Both the position numbers and the translations under genes were made by a program. A DNA stretch of 64,000 nucleotides from an uncultured delta proteobacterium (GTDB lineage Bacteria > Myxococcota > Myxococcia > Myxococcales > Myxococcaceae), in NCBI GenBank assembly GCA_963796055.1, contig CAWCKH010000004.1, forward strand, positions 960,001 to 1,024,000, read 5' to 3'. Below the pieces are notes generated by a model, which saw only the letters and a list, made by a program, of their open reading frames with translations, did not search any database and was not told the origin of the DNA. Below, piece after piece: positions 1 through 15,579 of the stretch (its first letter is position 1; every line of letters begins with the position of its first letter).

Positions 1-475
1 CCGGGACGCCGGGGAACAAGGCACCTGCCGACTCGGCGACAAAGGTGCTCGTACAGAAGACCGCGGTGACCAGTCGACGAGGTAGCAACCGCTCGAGCAA
101 CGACCCGCTGGCTCTCATGTGCTGATAGAAGACGAGCGGGCGGCCCTTGGCGGCGGGACCCATGACGACGAGTGGCCAGGTGTCGTGCGCGATCACGACG
201 TCCGGAGTGAACTGGCGAATGAAATCGCGCACGCGCCGCCGGGTCCGAACGACGGCAAGGGGATTTCTGAGGCGTACTTCGCCAACGTACTCCACCGACG
301 CGCCCCGGTCACTAAGCTCCGACTCGAGGCGGCCATGGCTGGTGATGAGAAAGCCCTGACGCGTTCGCCGGTTCATCGCCTCGCTCTCCGCCAAGGCGAC
401 CAGGAAGCGCTCGATCCCTCCGAAGAGGTTTCCGCTGCAGAGATGCAGGACCGTTGGCTTCCGATCAGGAGGCAC
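1..475 (-). CDS. Glycosyltransferase family 4, N-terminal part (runs off window)
   Basis: Manual translation from GTG at 475: PDRKPTVLHLCSGNLFGGIERFLVALAE...PDVVIAHD, a GT-B N-terminal pattern; overlaps stop of the upstream GT. Confidence 0.75.
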   Translation of the reverse strand, partial: MPPDRKPTVLHLCSGNLFGGIERFLVALAESEAMNRRTRQGFLITSHGRLESELSDRGASVEYVGEVRLRNPLAVVRTRRRVRDFIRQFTPDVVIAHDTWPLVVMGPAAKGRPLVFYQHMRASGSLLERLLPRRLVTAVFCTSTFVAESAGALFPGVP

Positions 476-1610
476 GTCGCGTTCGATCCTTTCCTTGCGC
501 AACTGATCGGTAGAGGGACTGGATGCCGTTGACCATCGGTTCCACCGCGAACTGAGTTCGCGCGCGGCTCTGCCCGGCTGCGCCGAGCCGAGCGCGGAGC
601 GGAGCATCCTCGAGGAGAGCGTTCAAGGCGCTGGCAAGCGCGACGGGATCGCCAGGCGGCACCGTCAATCCGGTCACGCCGTGGAGACTAACCTCGGGAA
701 CACCGGAGTCGAGATGAGTATTGACCACCGGCAGGCCGGCCGCCATCGCCTCGAGCTGGACGATTCCGAACGCCTCGCTTCGAGCGATGGACGGCAAGGC
801 GAATACCTGGGCGGCCGGAAGAATCCGCGTGATCTGATCATTGCTGACGTCCCCAAGAAGCAGGACCCGTTCGCCGAGAGCGAGATTCTGGATTCGTTCC
901 CGGAGGCTTCGCTCAAGAGGTCCACTCCCGACGATGAGCAAGCCGGCGTCGACGCGAGCCATGGCTGCCAGGATGACCTCGAACCCCTTGTAGTAGACGA
1001 GTCGCCCGATGCAGAGAATGACCCGGCCCCCGTGCCGTGACGAGAACTCGTCCACAACCGACGGGACTGGACCCCCGGGCTCTGTGAGCGGGATCCCGTA
1101 CGGAATCACGACGCACTTTTCACGGTAGGGCTTCAGCTCGAGTGACGTATCCAGATAGCGCTTGGAGGTCACAACGATGGCATCAGCTCGCCTCATGACC
1201 CCTGCGAAGACAGGCTGGAATGCGCGACGCAACCAGATCTGCCGAACCACGTCACTGTGGTGCGTGACGATGAGTCGATGCTCGACTGGCTTCTTCGCCA
1301 AGTAATACGCCAGCATCCCCATCGGATTGGGCGTGTGAAGATGGAGCACGTCATAACTGCGACCCGAGAGCTCGCGGACGAGAGCGGGGCTGAGCTCGGT
1401 CGACGCTAGGCGGCCCAAAGTTGCAACTCGGGTGACGTCCACGCTGCCAACGCGCTCGCGGACAGTCGATCGGGCAGCGTTGTGGACGAGCACCTCGACT
1501 TCGCTCGTGGCCGACAAGGCATCCGTGAGCAGACGGAGGTGCGTCTCAATGCCCCCGGAGTGCGGGTAATAATACTTGCCCAGCTGCAGAACGCGCAGTT
1601 TCGAGGTCAC
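465..1610 (-). CDS. Glycosyltransferase family 4
   Basis: LGKYYYPHSGGIE start, GRLVYYKG, EAFGIVQLEAMAAG (EX7E motif). Confidence 0.92.
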   Translation of the reverse strand: MTSKLRVLQLGKYYYPHSGGIETHLRLLTDALSATSEVEVLVHNAARSTVRERVGSVDVTRVATLGRLASTELSPALVRELSGRSYDVLHLHTPNPMGMLAYYLAKKPVEHRLIVTHHSDVVRQIWLRRAFQPVFAGVMRRADAIVVTSKRYLDTSLELKPYREKCVVIPYGIPLTEPGGPVPSVVDEFSSRHGGRVILCIGRLVYYKGFEVILAAMARVDAGLLIVGSGPLERSLRERIQNLALGERVLLLGDVSNDQITRILPAAQVFALPSIARSEAFGIVQLEAMAAGLPVVNTHLDSGVPEVSLHGVTGLTVPPGDPVALASALNALLEDAPLRARLGAAGQSRARTQFAVEPMVNGIQSLYRSVAQGKDRTRRAS

Positions 1611-3794
1611 GCCCCCTCGCGCGACTCGTGGTACTCCGAGGCGTAGGCAGCATAGAGACTCGCGTACTTGGGGTCCCGGAGCTCGACGTCGTTCAGGACC
1701 GCTCCGAACACACGCGCCTTCACGTCGGAGAGGACCCGCAGCGCCCGCCTGACGAGCGCCTTGTGCGTCGCGGACGCCCTGATGACCACCACGGTTCCAT
1801 CGACCTGCGTCGCCAGCACCGCCGAATCGGCGACGGCGTTGACCGGCGGGCTGTCGAAGATGGTCAGGTCATAGCGACCGGACACCGTAGCGACGAAGTC
1901 GCGAAAGGCCTTGGTGTGGAACAACTCAGCTGGATTGGGCGGAATGGGGCCACTGGGAATGAGGAACATTCCGGGGACTTCGGTGCTGCGCACCACATCG
2001 CCGATCTCGGCGTCGCCGACCAGCACCGAGCTGACACCCTTCTCGTTGGCGATCCCCAACGCCCGGTGCAGCCGTGGACGCCGTAGGTCGGCGTCGACCA
2101 GAAGTACCCGGCTCCCGCTCTGAGCCATCGCGATTCCAGTGGCCATCACCGTCGCGCTCTTGCCCTCGCGGGGTCCACTGGAGGTCACAAGCATCGTCTT
2201 GAGCGGACGGTCAGGAGACATGAAGAGCAGGTTCGTCCGGAGCGCGCGGCAGGCTTCGGCAGCCGTGGACTTGGGATGTCGAAAGACGAAGAGATCCAGC
2301 TCGGCCGGAGGGGAATCGCGCTCCACCGTCACCCGTGGAAGGATGCCCAGGAATGGTAATCCAATCTTGTCCTCGACATCCGCGTGGGACTTGACCGTTG
2401 TATCCAGCTGCTCGAGCGCGAAGGCGAGCGCCACGCCTCCCAGCAGGCCGAGCATGAGCCCGAGGAGCAAGTTGTTCCTCACGTTCGGCCGGATCGGGCC
2501 GAAGCTTGGGCGGGCAGCGTCGAGCACGCGAGCATTGCTGGTCCTGAGCATCCCCGAAAGCTCGGTGTCCTTCAGTCGCTTCAGGACCATGTCGTACAGC
2601 CGCTGGTTGTTGTCGGACTCTCGCTTGATCCGGTCGAACTCGATCTGTCGCTTGTTGACCTCGAAAGCCTCTGCCTTGGCGTTGTCGAGCAGCGCCTGGA
2701 GGTTTCGCTCCTTGGCCAGTGCTTCAGTCAGGTCGAGCTGGGCGCCCTTCACCAGATTCCCGAGCTCGTTGTTCAGGTCGGCGCGCGCTTCCGAAACCCG
2801 CTGGAGGCAGGTCGCGAGCTTGGGGTGTCCCGGGAGATACCGCTCGGTTAGGGCGGCGCAGTCGGCCTTTTCCTGGAGATAGCGAGCCTTCAGAGACTGC
2901 AGGGGTCCCTGCCCCGTGGTCCCCGTCAGGACGTCGGCCCACATCAAGTCTCTCCGAGGCCGGCTCACCCCGTCGCAAGCTGTTGATCGCTTCGACGCGG
3001 GCCTTGAGCCCGGCGACGCGGGTCCGAACGTCGGTTAGCGCACCGTTGAAGGTGTTGAGCCGTTGCGAAACGATGCTCGCTCGATCCTCCAGCGAGGTCG
3101 TCAGCATGTCGGCGTCCTTCTTGAAGTCGTAGACCGCGATGTCGCTCTGCTTGGTGCTCTGCTCAAGCTCGGCCAGGCGATCTTCGAGCCAACGGTTTGC
3201 GCTCTCGGAGATTCGAAGACGCAGCGCGAGCGTTTCGGCGATGTAGGAGTCGGCGATCTCGTTGGAAAGCAGCGCCGCTCGCTTTGGATCGACGTCCTCA
3301 ACCTTGACGTTGACGATCCGGGTGTCCTTCAACGGTACTGCCGACACCTTCCCCTGGAGGATGGCGACGGCGTCCGCCCCCTTCATCGCCGCTTCCCGCG
3401 CTTTCGGATCGTGAATCTGCGCCACGCCCAGGAAGTCCGGGTCGTGCTGAAGTCCAAGCTTCTCAACTGCCCGCTGTGAAACAGCGCGACTCGTGATGAT
3501 CCGGGTCTGCGTCTCCGTGTACTCGCGGGTGAACCAGTAACCACCCGCTCCGGATTCGGCGACGTCCTGGACCTGGTTGTCGAGAACCCGCGGAGGAGTC
3601 GCGTCGATCACGATCGAGGTCGTGGCACCGTAGATCTTGGGCTGCCGGAGAGTCTGCAGCGCAGTCGCGGCGAAGATGAGAGCGGCCGCCACCAAGATGA
3701 CCCACAGACGTCTCCGAAAAAGGTGCAACAGCGCCCGGAGGTCGAATCCCGGACCGCCCGGAGAAGTGTTCACCGCGGAAGCTCCTTCCGACAC
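1607..3794 (-). CDS. wzc: Polysaccharide co-polymerase / BY-kinase (Wzc-like), frameshift near 2960
   Basis: N-terminal TM and coiled coil (ORF 2724-3794) continue in ORF 1607-2968 with second TM, Walker A GPREGKS, LLVDADLRRP, IFDSPP and Tyr-rich tail. Confidence 0.88.
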
Positions 3795-3896
3795 GCGGCT
3801 CCAGAGTGCCCGGCCCGCGCCAGAGGGTCAATTTCAGCCGAGCCGGCACCAACGCGCCAGCCGCGCAAGGCCAATCCTTATGCTACAGGGCGGTCG

Positions 3897-7140
<3,244 letters not shown>

Positions 7141-7165
7141 CCCGTCCTCTAGGGCGGCTGGCGCG

Positions 7166-8419
7166 CTAGGGGTCTGGCGCCGCGCCCCGAGCGCTCGTGC
7201 CCTCGATCACCCTGCGAATCACCCCCATGAATCGATCAAACACCATGAAGCGTTCGAATCTCTGACGAACGAGCTCTCGTCCGAGCTCCGTCCGTCTCCG
7301 CGCCTCGGCCGGGTTCGCCAGCGCCTCCCGGAGCACCTCGGCCAGGCACCGCGCGTCTCCGCGCGGATACGTCCAGCCGGTCTGCCCATCAATGATGGTC
7401 TCAAGCAGCCCACCCACCGCCGTTGCGACTACCGGGGTTCCGCAGGCAAGCGCCTCGAGCGGCGAGAAACCGAGCCCTTCCTCACGGCTGGCCTGAACGC
7501 AGAGGCTGGCCGCCTGGTACAGGGCGCTCAGCTCGGACTGTGGATCCACCGCGTCTCCCACCAGCACGTAGTCACCGACGCCGAGTTGCGCGGCTCGCTC
7601 CGCGAACTCGCGGTGGCCTCCGCTTCGGTTGACGATCCAGAGCTCCGTTCCGGACTCTCTGAGAGCCTTCAACGCGAGAAGCAGGGTGTTGGCGTCCTTC
7701 TCCGGAGCCACGCGGCTGCTGTAGAGCACGACCGCGCCAGTGCTCGGTAAACCGAGCGCCACCCTCAGCGAGGAGGGTGGGCGATCGCTCGGCGAGAAGA
7801 CCTCCAAGTCAACGCCGTAGACCGGCACCACATCGATTACGCCTCGGGCACCGTGCGCGCGCACGACGTCACCGAGATAGCGGCTCAGGACAACGTAGTG
7901 GCGTCCGACGCGGGCGTTGAGCCACGCCAGTAGCTGGAGGCCGCGATACTCCAGGTTCCTGAATGGCTTCTTGGGGTCCCTCGTCGCTTCCCTGCAGCGG
8001 TAGTAGACCTCAAGTGGGCTACAGACGAGCATCGTCACAGGTCGTCCCAGCAGCCTACCTATGAGGTTCGCCACGAGCGCCGCCAGCGCGTACCCCTGCA
8101 CGATGACGAACTGGTAGTTCCGCCTCAGGACAACGAGTCTGAGCGCCGCCCACGCCGCGAAAGCCAAGCGCGAGCTGGGTCCAATCTCAATCAGCGTTTC
8201 GCGTCGAGGCGGTCGGGTGACTTCAACGCCACCGCGAATCCGACGGCAGAGCAGGCGAAGCCTCAAGCCTTCGTTCAGGCCGTCAACCAGGCGAACGTCG
8301 GTTCCACTTTCGACAACAAAGACGCAGGTCGCGCGCTCAACGCCAACCCCTTCGCCCAACCCTTGCCAACCAAGGTCGAATAGGCTCATCTGCTTGTCAC
8401 TAGGGGCTGGAGCATTCAT
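7166..8419 (-). CDS. Glycosyltransferase family 4
   Basis: SRVAPEK, EGLGFSPLEALACGTPVVATAVGG. Confidence 0.88.
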   Translation of the reverse strand: MNAPAPSDKQMSLFDLGWQGLGEGVGVERATCVFVVESGTDVRLVDGLNEGLRLRLLCRRIRGGVEVTRPPRRETLIEIGPSSRLAFAAWAALRLVVLRRNYQFVIVQGYALAALVANLIGRLLGRPVTMLVCSPLEVYYRCREATRDPKKPFRNLEYRGLQLLAWLNARVGRHYVVLSRYLGDVVRAHGARGVIDVVPVYGVDLEVFSPSDRPPSSLRVALGLPSTGAVVLYSSRVAPEKDANTLLLALKALRESGTELWIVNRSGGHREFAERAAQLGVGDYVLVGDAVDPQSELSALYQAASLCVQASREEGLGFSPLEALACGTPVVATAVGGLLETIIDGQTGWTYPRGDARCLAEVLREALANPAEARRRTELGRELVRQRFERFMVFDRFMGVIRRVIEGTSARGAAPDP

Positions 8420-8762
8420 TTCGGGCTACCATCCTCCCTCCCGCGGCCCAGAGCTCCGCAACTGTTCTTCCTCGAACGGCGTATGGCAGGGAACGATGTT
8501 CCGAACACCTTCGAAGGCATCATCTCCTACCCCGATGGAATGTCTGTGGCTTCCAGCGGATGGCTTCTCCTCTTTGTGCACTGTCACGAGCGCCCGAGAC
8601 GAGTGGCCATAACTGGTGGCGCGGTTGGTGCAGGAATCCCAATCGGCTACGGAAGCAGGGTGACGCCGGAGGCTGCTCGCCCCCTGTCGTTACGTCTACC
8701 GACGCGAAGTCCAAGGGACGAATGTCGCTTCGGTCGCGAGCACTCGGCCCGTGCCACCCATA

Positions 8763-10299
8763 TCAGCCTGAGAATGCATCCGCTTCTCCCTGCCGACGGC
8801 CTTCGCGGTCTCCGCGTATCACCCCGAGCAGGACGACGGTCGCAACACCGAGGAGGAGAAGGGACGATAGAAGGCCGAATCGGGGAGACCACCGGTGGAG
8901 GCGATACGCGATCCGAACAGGCCACCACGACGGCGCCAGGTAGTCGGAACTGCTCAGCGCCACCGCCGAAGAAGCAGCGGCTCCTTCCTCGAGCGTTGGA
9001 AGCCCCCTATTGCTGAACGCGTTCTCCAGCGCGGTTGTGGCGACGGTGGGGCGAAGCCAAAGACCGCTGCAGCGCCAGGTCCAGACCGAGCAGACGTCCC
9101 CCCGTGCACGCATCATCGCGGCCACGTGGTCCTCGGTGCTCGTCGGGAGAATCACAGAGCCAATTTGGAACAGCAACGAGACGACCACCAGGCTTCTCAC
9201 CGTCCAGCTCTTCCATGGCAGGGCGAGGAAGAGCGGAGTCAGGAAGACGAGGGGCGCCACGAGATATCGTGGGCCCCATCCGAAACCCCCATCCCACGTC
9301 CCCGATAACGAAAAGAACAAGAGATTCAGGAGTGACAGAAGAGCTCCGAGGAGCGCCGCGCGCCGGAACCCAAGGGACCGCCGACGCAACTCACCAGTTG
9401 CAAGGGGGAGCGCTCCAAGAATCGGCGCGTAGAGAAGAATCCCCGGCATCGGACTGATAGTAAGCGCCAGCAGGTGTTCCGGCCAACGGACGAAGTCGAA
9501 CATCGGCACGCCCAAGCGAACGAAGCCCCAGCGATACCCGGTCTCAAGTACCGAACCAAAGCGGACCCAATTCCACGCTGCAGTGGCGATGAGAGCCAGC
9601 GCCACCGGGCACGTTCCGGCGATTGCGAGAGTGCAATCGGCAGGAGAGCGTATCGCCCTCAGCCACGAACTCAGCACGACGCACCAAACGAACCCGACCG
9701 TGATCAAGCTCGCGATCCGCGTTGCGATTGCGAGGCCCGAGGCGAAACCGAGGATGAGCCATCCATCTCCGGGCCTCCCCAAGACCCGAAGCATCCCGAG
9801 TAGGAGGCCGGCGTAGGCGAGGGCGAGGATGTTCTCCTCTTGCCCGAATCCGTGAGTAGTGAAATAGCGGAGTCGCGAGGACGAGCGCAGCGATTCCCGC
9901 CGACGAATCGTCGCGCAGCAGGCGCCCGACGAGCCGCAAGACGACTCCTAAGGCTGCAAAGACCAAACCCAGGAGCAAGACACTGTAGAGGAACTTGGTG
10001 ACCGTCTCCGCTCTCGGTACATGCACGAGCCGAAGGGCGAACAGCAGAGCTGCCAGAACTGTCGACTGCGTTAGGTTGTAGTAGGCGTAGAGACGTCCGT
10101 CTTTGCCTCGGACTCCTGCTGCTGAATCGGCGGGCAGCGCTCCCCCGTTTCCATCGAGCCAGGAGCGAGCGGTCTCGAATCGAACGCCTGCATCTCCGCT
10201 TTCGAGACCCCCTGGACTCGTCGCAACGACAATCAGAAACAGGGCCACGAAAAGTAGCGTTAGGGGGCGAGACTCCAAGGCGCGGAGCCTAAGATACAC
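8763..10299 (-). CDS. Polytopic membrane protein, GT-C-like, frameshift near 9840
   Basis: Two hydrophobic ORFs joined; RFGSVLETGY and WDGGFGWGPRYLV motifs similar to 5557-7140. Confidence 0.6.
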
Positions 10300-10564
10300 G
10301 ACCCGCTCTTCCGGATCGCGTTCAAAATCCGGACGTGAGAAGGCTTAGCTTGCACTCGAAGAACAGAGGGCTGACGGGGCTCCTCTTGCAAGGATGCGCC
10401 GTGCGTGGCCTCGTCGACTGTGCCTCGACCGCCGTGCGTCCAACCCGAAAGGCAATTCTTCAATCGGGCTGGCCAGGAACGGAACCAATGTGGGTGGCCT
10501 CGAATCTCCACAGCGAGCAAGGAAGGCGCGGCCGTTCCAAGCGCCTTGGGTGGGCCAACCGGAT

Positions 10565-11015
10565 ACACGGTTCCTCCGCTCAGCGATGCGCACCGCCACT
10601 TGGTGGTCTGGGGCTCTCGCTGGTGGTCCGAGTCGACCTCCGCGCAGGTGAATCTCCGACCCGATGTGGCGTCGGCGTCGAACGCGCTGTGCGGCCCGCT
10701 ACGGCGCGAAGCTGGATCCGGGTGGGGACGGCGATCGAGTCGAAAGGCCGCTCTGGGTGGGAAACTGCTCCTTGGGGAAGGTTTCTGGTTCCACCCGCAA
10801 CCCACGTCAGCGCTGCCTTCCGGAGCAACGGAGCACGGCCGCAGAGACGCTCCGTGAGTTCACCACTCTCGGGTCGTACGCTGCGCTTGAAGAGAGTGAA
10901 CTCCGCCGCCGGCCTAGCTGGGCTCACCGTTTTCGACCGGGCTCTTGAGACCCCTGATCATATCCTTCGGCGAGAGGTGCTGACGACCGTTGTCAGCGGG
11001 CGCGTCGTGTACGAA
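10565..11015 (+). pseudogene. Decayed, internally deleted paralog of the amidohydrolase at 18379-19996
   Basis: VPPLSDAHRHL / GLGLSLVVRVDLRAGESP and LTVFDRALETPDHILRREVLTTVVSGRVVYE match the N- and C-termini of the downstream gene. Confidence 0.7.
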
Positions 11016-11084
11016 AGCAACCATAGACTTCGGGATGACGCTCGGCTCCGAGCGCTTGCGATCTAGTTTCCGCTAGGAGGCCCC

Positions 11085-12133
11085 GTGAAATATTCAGCTG
11101 CACTCGACGGCCTTCGGGCGCTGAGCGCGCTCGCAGTCCTGACGCTCCATTCCTCGTACGGCCAGTTCCAAGGCGGTGTCTTTGGAGTGGATGTCTTCTT
11201 TGCCATATCAGGGTTCCTGATCACGACGAACCTCGTCGCGGATGTTGACAGGTACGATCGGATCAAGTTCCGGGAGTTCTACCTCCGGCGCGCGCGGCGA
11301 CTCCTTCCGCACTTGCGGCGACACTACTTCTCGCCTGGTGGCTATGGCCAAAGGCTGCGGTCCCGTACGCGCAGGCTGCGCTTCCCACGCTTCTCTACTT
11401 TGCGAACTGGAGATTCGTCTTCGATGGTTCGGCGTCCCTCGGTCCTTTGGCTCACGCCTGGTCCCTATCGATCGAGGAGCAGTTCTACGCGGTGTGGCCG
11501 ATCACCCTGATGGTCGTCGTGCTCATCGCTCGAAGACACAAGGGGCGCGCGGCGACACTGACGGCTCTAATGGTCGTCGCCCTTGCCTCCTTTCGTGCGT
11601 TCCTCTCTCTGAGTGGCTCACCCTTCGGAACCAAGCCGTCGACGTTCGCGAGACTCGATGAACTCCTCGTCGGAGGGGCCTTCGCGCTGGGAGCCGGAAC
11701 GCTCCGACCACCGAGGTGGCTTGCCTACGCGAGCGCCGCCGGTCTGTTGGGGGTGGTGTTCTCGTCGACAGACGACGCGCGGTGGCTCTATCTCGGTGGC
11801 TTCACTTTGGTTGCCGTCATGGCCGCGGCGGTCGTCACCTTCGTCATCAAGAATCCCGCCGATCCGATGTCCAGGGCCCTAAGTTGGAAACCGCTTCGAG
11901 AGGTGGGTAGGCGCTCCTATGGGATTTACCTCTTCCACCTGCCAATCGTCGTGGCCCTGGAATCCCTACGCACGCCGCACAGCATCGGGAACGCGGTTGT
12001 CGTTTCGACGCTCAGGGTCTTTCTGACGCTCGCCGCCGCCTGGCTCTCGTTTCGATTCATCGAGACCCCGTTCTTGAAGACGAGTCCAGCGGTGCATCGA
12101 CATCCCGAGGCGGGTTCTGAAATCCTGAGCTGA
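11085..12133 (+). CDS. Acyltransferase family 3 (OafA-like), frameshifted
   Basis: LDGLRAL, GVDVFFAISGFLIT, FYLRRARRLLP, HAWSLSIEEQFY, SYGIYLFH. Confidence 0.9.
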
Positions 12134-12242
12134 GCAACGTCGCCCGACCGTTCGTTGCCGTCGTTCGACGGAGCGAACCGCCAGCTCGACCTCGCCCAGG
12201 TACTTGGGCGCAACGCCTGCCTCGTCCATCACGAGCAGATGC

Positions 12243-12940
12243 TCAGCGTATCAATCGGGGCCGCCCAACGAAGAGGAGTTTTCCCCAGCGCTCGCGGAAA
12301 AGCTCCGGGACGAATCTCTGCTCGAGAACACGGAGGATCGCGCGGGGTTGCGACAACCACTGCTGATAGGTGTCGCGCTCTAGCTCGTTCATTGTCGCCA
12401 GTGCATCGAGCCTCGGCCACGCGCGTCGGAGCGATCGGAGGCCGCAGGCCACGTGAACAAGCCTCAAGAAGACCGTCAGCCAGGGTTCAACGGCCACGAA
12501 ACGCCCGCCGGGCCGAAGGACGCGCTGCGCCTCGCTGAGCGTCGTTTCCAGGTCATCTACCATCACCGGCAAGTGGTGAAGCCCCCCCTGAACGATGACC
12601 ACGTCCCGCGACTGGTCCGGGAAGGGCAGCTGCGCGGCAGTCGGCCACGTAACACGTTGCCGAGCCGGAGTACTGGGCGAGCAGCGTCGCCGAGAAATCG
12701 ACTCCCTCGAGGTTCCGAAAGCCGAGGGCCTCTAGTGCCCGAAGCCCGTTCCCTCTGCCGCAGAAAAGCTCGACCACCGTGGAGCTGCGACTCCAGGAGG
12801 ACGCTCCGAGTACCCCAGGCGACGGAGAAACTTTTGGCGCTCCTCCTCTGGAGTCTCGAAGCGCCGATAGGCGTCCTCCCAGGTCTCGCTGCAGCAGACA
12901 TTCCCCTCGACGACACGCACCAGCGTCTGGGCTTTGACAT
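12243..12940 (-). CDS. Class I SAM methyltransferase, frameshifted
   Basis: VVELFCGRGNG, GVDFS, GGLHHLP, RVLRPGG across three frames. Confidence 0.75.
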
Positions 12941-13010
12941 CGCTCACGGACAGGAGGAAGCCTAGCAGCAACACGAGCCCTTCGCAGCACTCTCCCCACG
13001 GCTCTCGACC

Positions 13011-14244
13011 TTGGAACGACTCAGGCTTCTCATCGCAATTCCCGCGTACAACGAGGAAGAGAGCATCGCCTCGATCGTCGAACGCACGCTGACTTCGCGA
13101 GCCCGAATCCTCGCCGAATCGCCGGTCACCGACGTCGAGATCACCGTTGTGAGTGACGGGTCGACCGACAAAACGGTCTCGATCGCCCAGCAGTACCGGC
13201 CGCAGATCAGGCTGATCGCGTTCGAAAAAAACCGAGGCTACGGCGCCGCGATCAAGGAAGCGTGGCGCCAATCGGATGCGGAGCTGCTGAGCTTTCTCGA
13301 CGCCGACGGCACCTGCGATCCGACTTTCTTTGTGAACCTATGCCGGCTCATCGAGCGCGAGCGAGCCGACGTCGTCCTCGGATGCCGCATCACAAAGACA
13401 AGCAAGATGCCGTTGCTCCGGCGGGTCGGAAACGTCGTCTTCGCTCTCCTCTTAAGCTTCTTCTCATCGAAGCGCGTCAGAGATACCGCGAGCGGGATGA
13501 GAGTGGTCCGCCGGGCGAGTCTCAACAAGCTGCTGCCGCTCCCGAACGGAATGCACTTCACCCCGGCGATGAGCGCCCGGGCAATCCTCTCACCTGACCT
13601 CCGCATCTTCGAGGAGGATATGCCGTACCACGAACGCGCTGGGGAATCGAAGCTGCATGTCCTCCGTGACGGGCTCCGGTTTCTTCGCGTGATCGTCGAA
13701 GCAGCCTTCCTCTACCGGCCCTCGCGTCCCCTCGGTTTCGTCGGCGCATTGTCATTGCTCACCGCGGGGTTCCTGATTCTCCCTCCGACGCGTCTACTAC
13801 CTTCGGAACCGACACATCCTCGAATGGATGATCTATCGCTTCGTGGTGGCAGACCTCGCCATCACGTCCGGGACGCTCCTGTTGTGCACAAGTTTTCTTG
13901 CGAGAAGAATTGTGCAGATCGTTCTCAACCTTCCGAAGCAGGACTTCGTCTTTCACCGGGTCCTCGGCGCACTCCTCCGAAACGGGTGGCTCTGGGTGCT
14001 CGTCGTCGCCTTTCTCGCGACGGCGGCAGCGCTGGTCGCTCCGAGCTTCGTCGAGCTCGTGCGAACCGGCGCGACCTACGAGCACTGGTCCCGCTTCATC
14101 GCCGCGTCGGTTCTGGTCTCGGTCTCCATCATCCTCATCGTTACGCGAGTCCTGGACTACACGATCGACCTCCTGGAAGCTCGAATGGCCTTCGTCCGCG
14201 AACACGAGGGCGACCTGTCGCTCCGAGCCGTGGACGTCGCCTAA
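13011..14244 (+). CDS. GT2 glycosyltransferase (DPM-synthase-like) with C-terminal TM region, frameshift near 13790
   Basis: IPAYNEE, VSDGSTD, NRGYGAA, FLDADG, RAGESKL; TM tail in ORF 13828-14244. Confidence 0.88.
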
Positions 14245-14370
14245 CAGGTTGAAGAGCTGGCCGGCTCGTACGGTATCGACATCTTGTCTTGGGTGGTTCA
14301 TCGCGGAGGGCAATCAGGGAATCCCGACGGTTCTTCATTGCACCCGTCGCGAGCGTCGGCATGATTCGCA

Positions 14371-15011
14371 GTGGTGACGGCCCCGCTCCTCGCGGTCCTA
14401 CTCGGATCTGCCTCGTTCGCCATGTCCCAGATTCCGGCTGACAATGTTCCACGCTCCGCGGTGGGGGGCGAGCGCGGGCGGATCGTTCGCGTTGGCGAGA
14501 CAGGCGGCGACAGAATTTCCGGCCGCGTCATCGACATCCGGGCGAGCGACGAGACCGAAGGCGGCTATACCGTGCGCGACCTCGCGATTCTCGCGGGACT
14601 GCAGACGGCGTTGCTGCTGGGCCTGACAACCGCGATCGCCTGGTGGGCCTACCCTGTCCTCTGGCTGCTGCCCGTGTATCTGTTCATGTACCTGGGCGAC
14701 AACTTCCCTTCCTTCGCCGAGCACCCACATCCAAAGAACGACGCCGCGAGCGACGAGCACCGGCTCATCACCTACCTCAGCAATCCCCTGGAGCGATGGT
14801 TCCTGGCGCCGATGAACATGAACTACCACGCCGCGCATCACCTCTGGCCGTCGATCCCCTACTACAACCTCCCCATCGCCGATCGGGAGATCCGAGGGCT
14901 GCCCGACGCCGCGGGGCTCGAGTGCGCAGGTCGTACTTCGTGTACCTCGCTCGCTTCTGGCTGGCACTCCCGCTTGAGGAGTGTCGCTCCGGAAAGACGC
15001 CCGAGGGGTGA
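14371..15011 (+). pseudogene. Fatty-acid desaturase C-terminal fragment joined to an unrelated N-terminus
   Basis: SFAEH and NYHAAHHLWPSIPYYNLP (last His box); earlier His boxes absent. Confidence 0.6.
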
Positions 15012-15139
15012 GCGCCGTCGGGCGAGCCGGAGCCTTGGCCGATGCCTAGCCAAGACCCAAGGGCTCATCCCCGGCGTCCTCCTCGGCCCGCGGCTCGCCC
15101 TCCCTCAACACGCCACGCTGACCCTCGGCGCCGAGCTGC

Positions 15140-15266
15140 CCTCGGATACCTCGGCAATCAACTTGCCGGTCTCGGCCTCGAACTCCGTGCCGAACTCCCG
15201 CCTGGTCGCCTCGCCATCGTGGATATACACGTGTCGTCACGTGTCAACGAAACGACGGGAGGCTCA
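15140..15266 (-). mobile_element. Probable IS3-family left-end remnant
   Basis: Minus strand TGAGCCTCCCGTCGTTTCGTTGACAC resembles IS3-type ends, followed by frameshifted MARRP/RREFGTEFEAETGKLIAE resembling OrfA start. Confidence 0.4.
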
Positions 15267-15579
15267 GCCCTGCGTCCGCGCCGCCTGTGCTTGAACTTCG
15301 CTCGCTTCGTACCGATACCAGTCTGGCATGGCGGCGCCGTGATAGTCTCCGCGCTCCACGTCTCATTCTCAGGTCTCGAATCATGAGGCTGGTCTCAAAG
15401 CGGATGGATGTACTTTTTCGTCGCACGCTCGACGGGCTCCACGCGGCTGGTCAGGCACGTGCTGCCCCGGGAGGGCTTGGCCTTCGGGCAAAGGTGAGCT
15501 TTGCGGCCTGGATGATCCTCGGACGGCAACGCACTCCCAGGCCGACGGGCATCGGCTATCGGCAGTCGCCCGTCTCTGC

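Noticed and set aside
8420..8762. Small gene or structured RNA between two minus-strand genes
   Set aside because: No convincing ORF, motif or recognisable RNA fold by eye.
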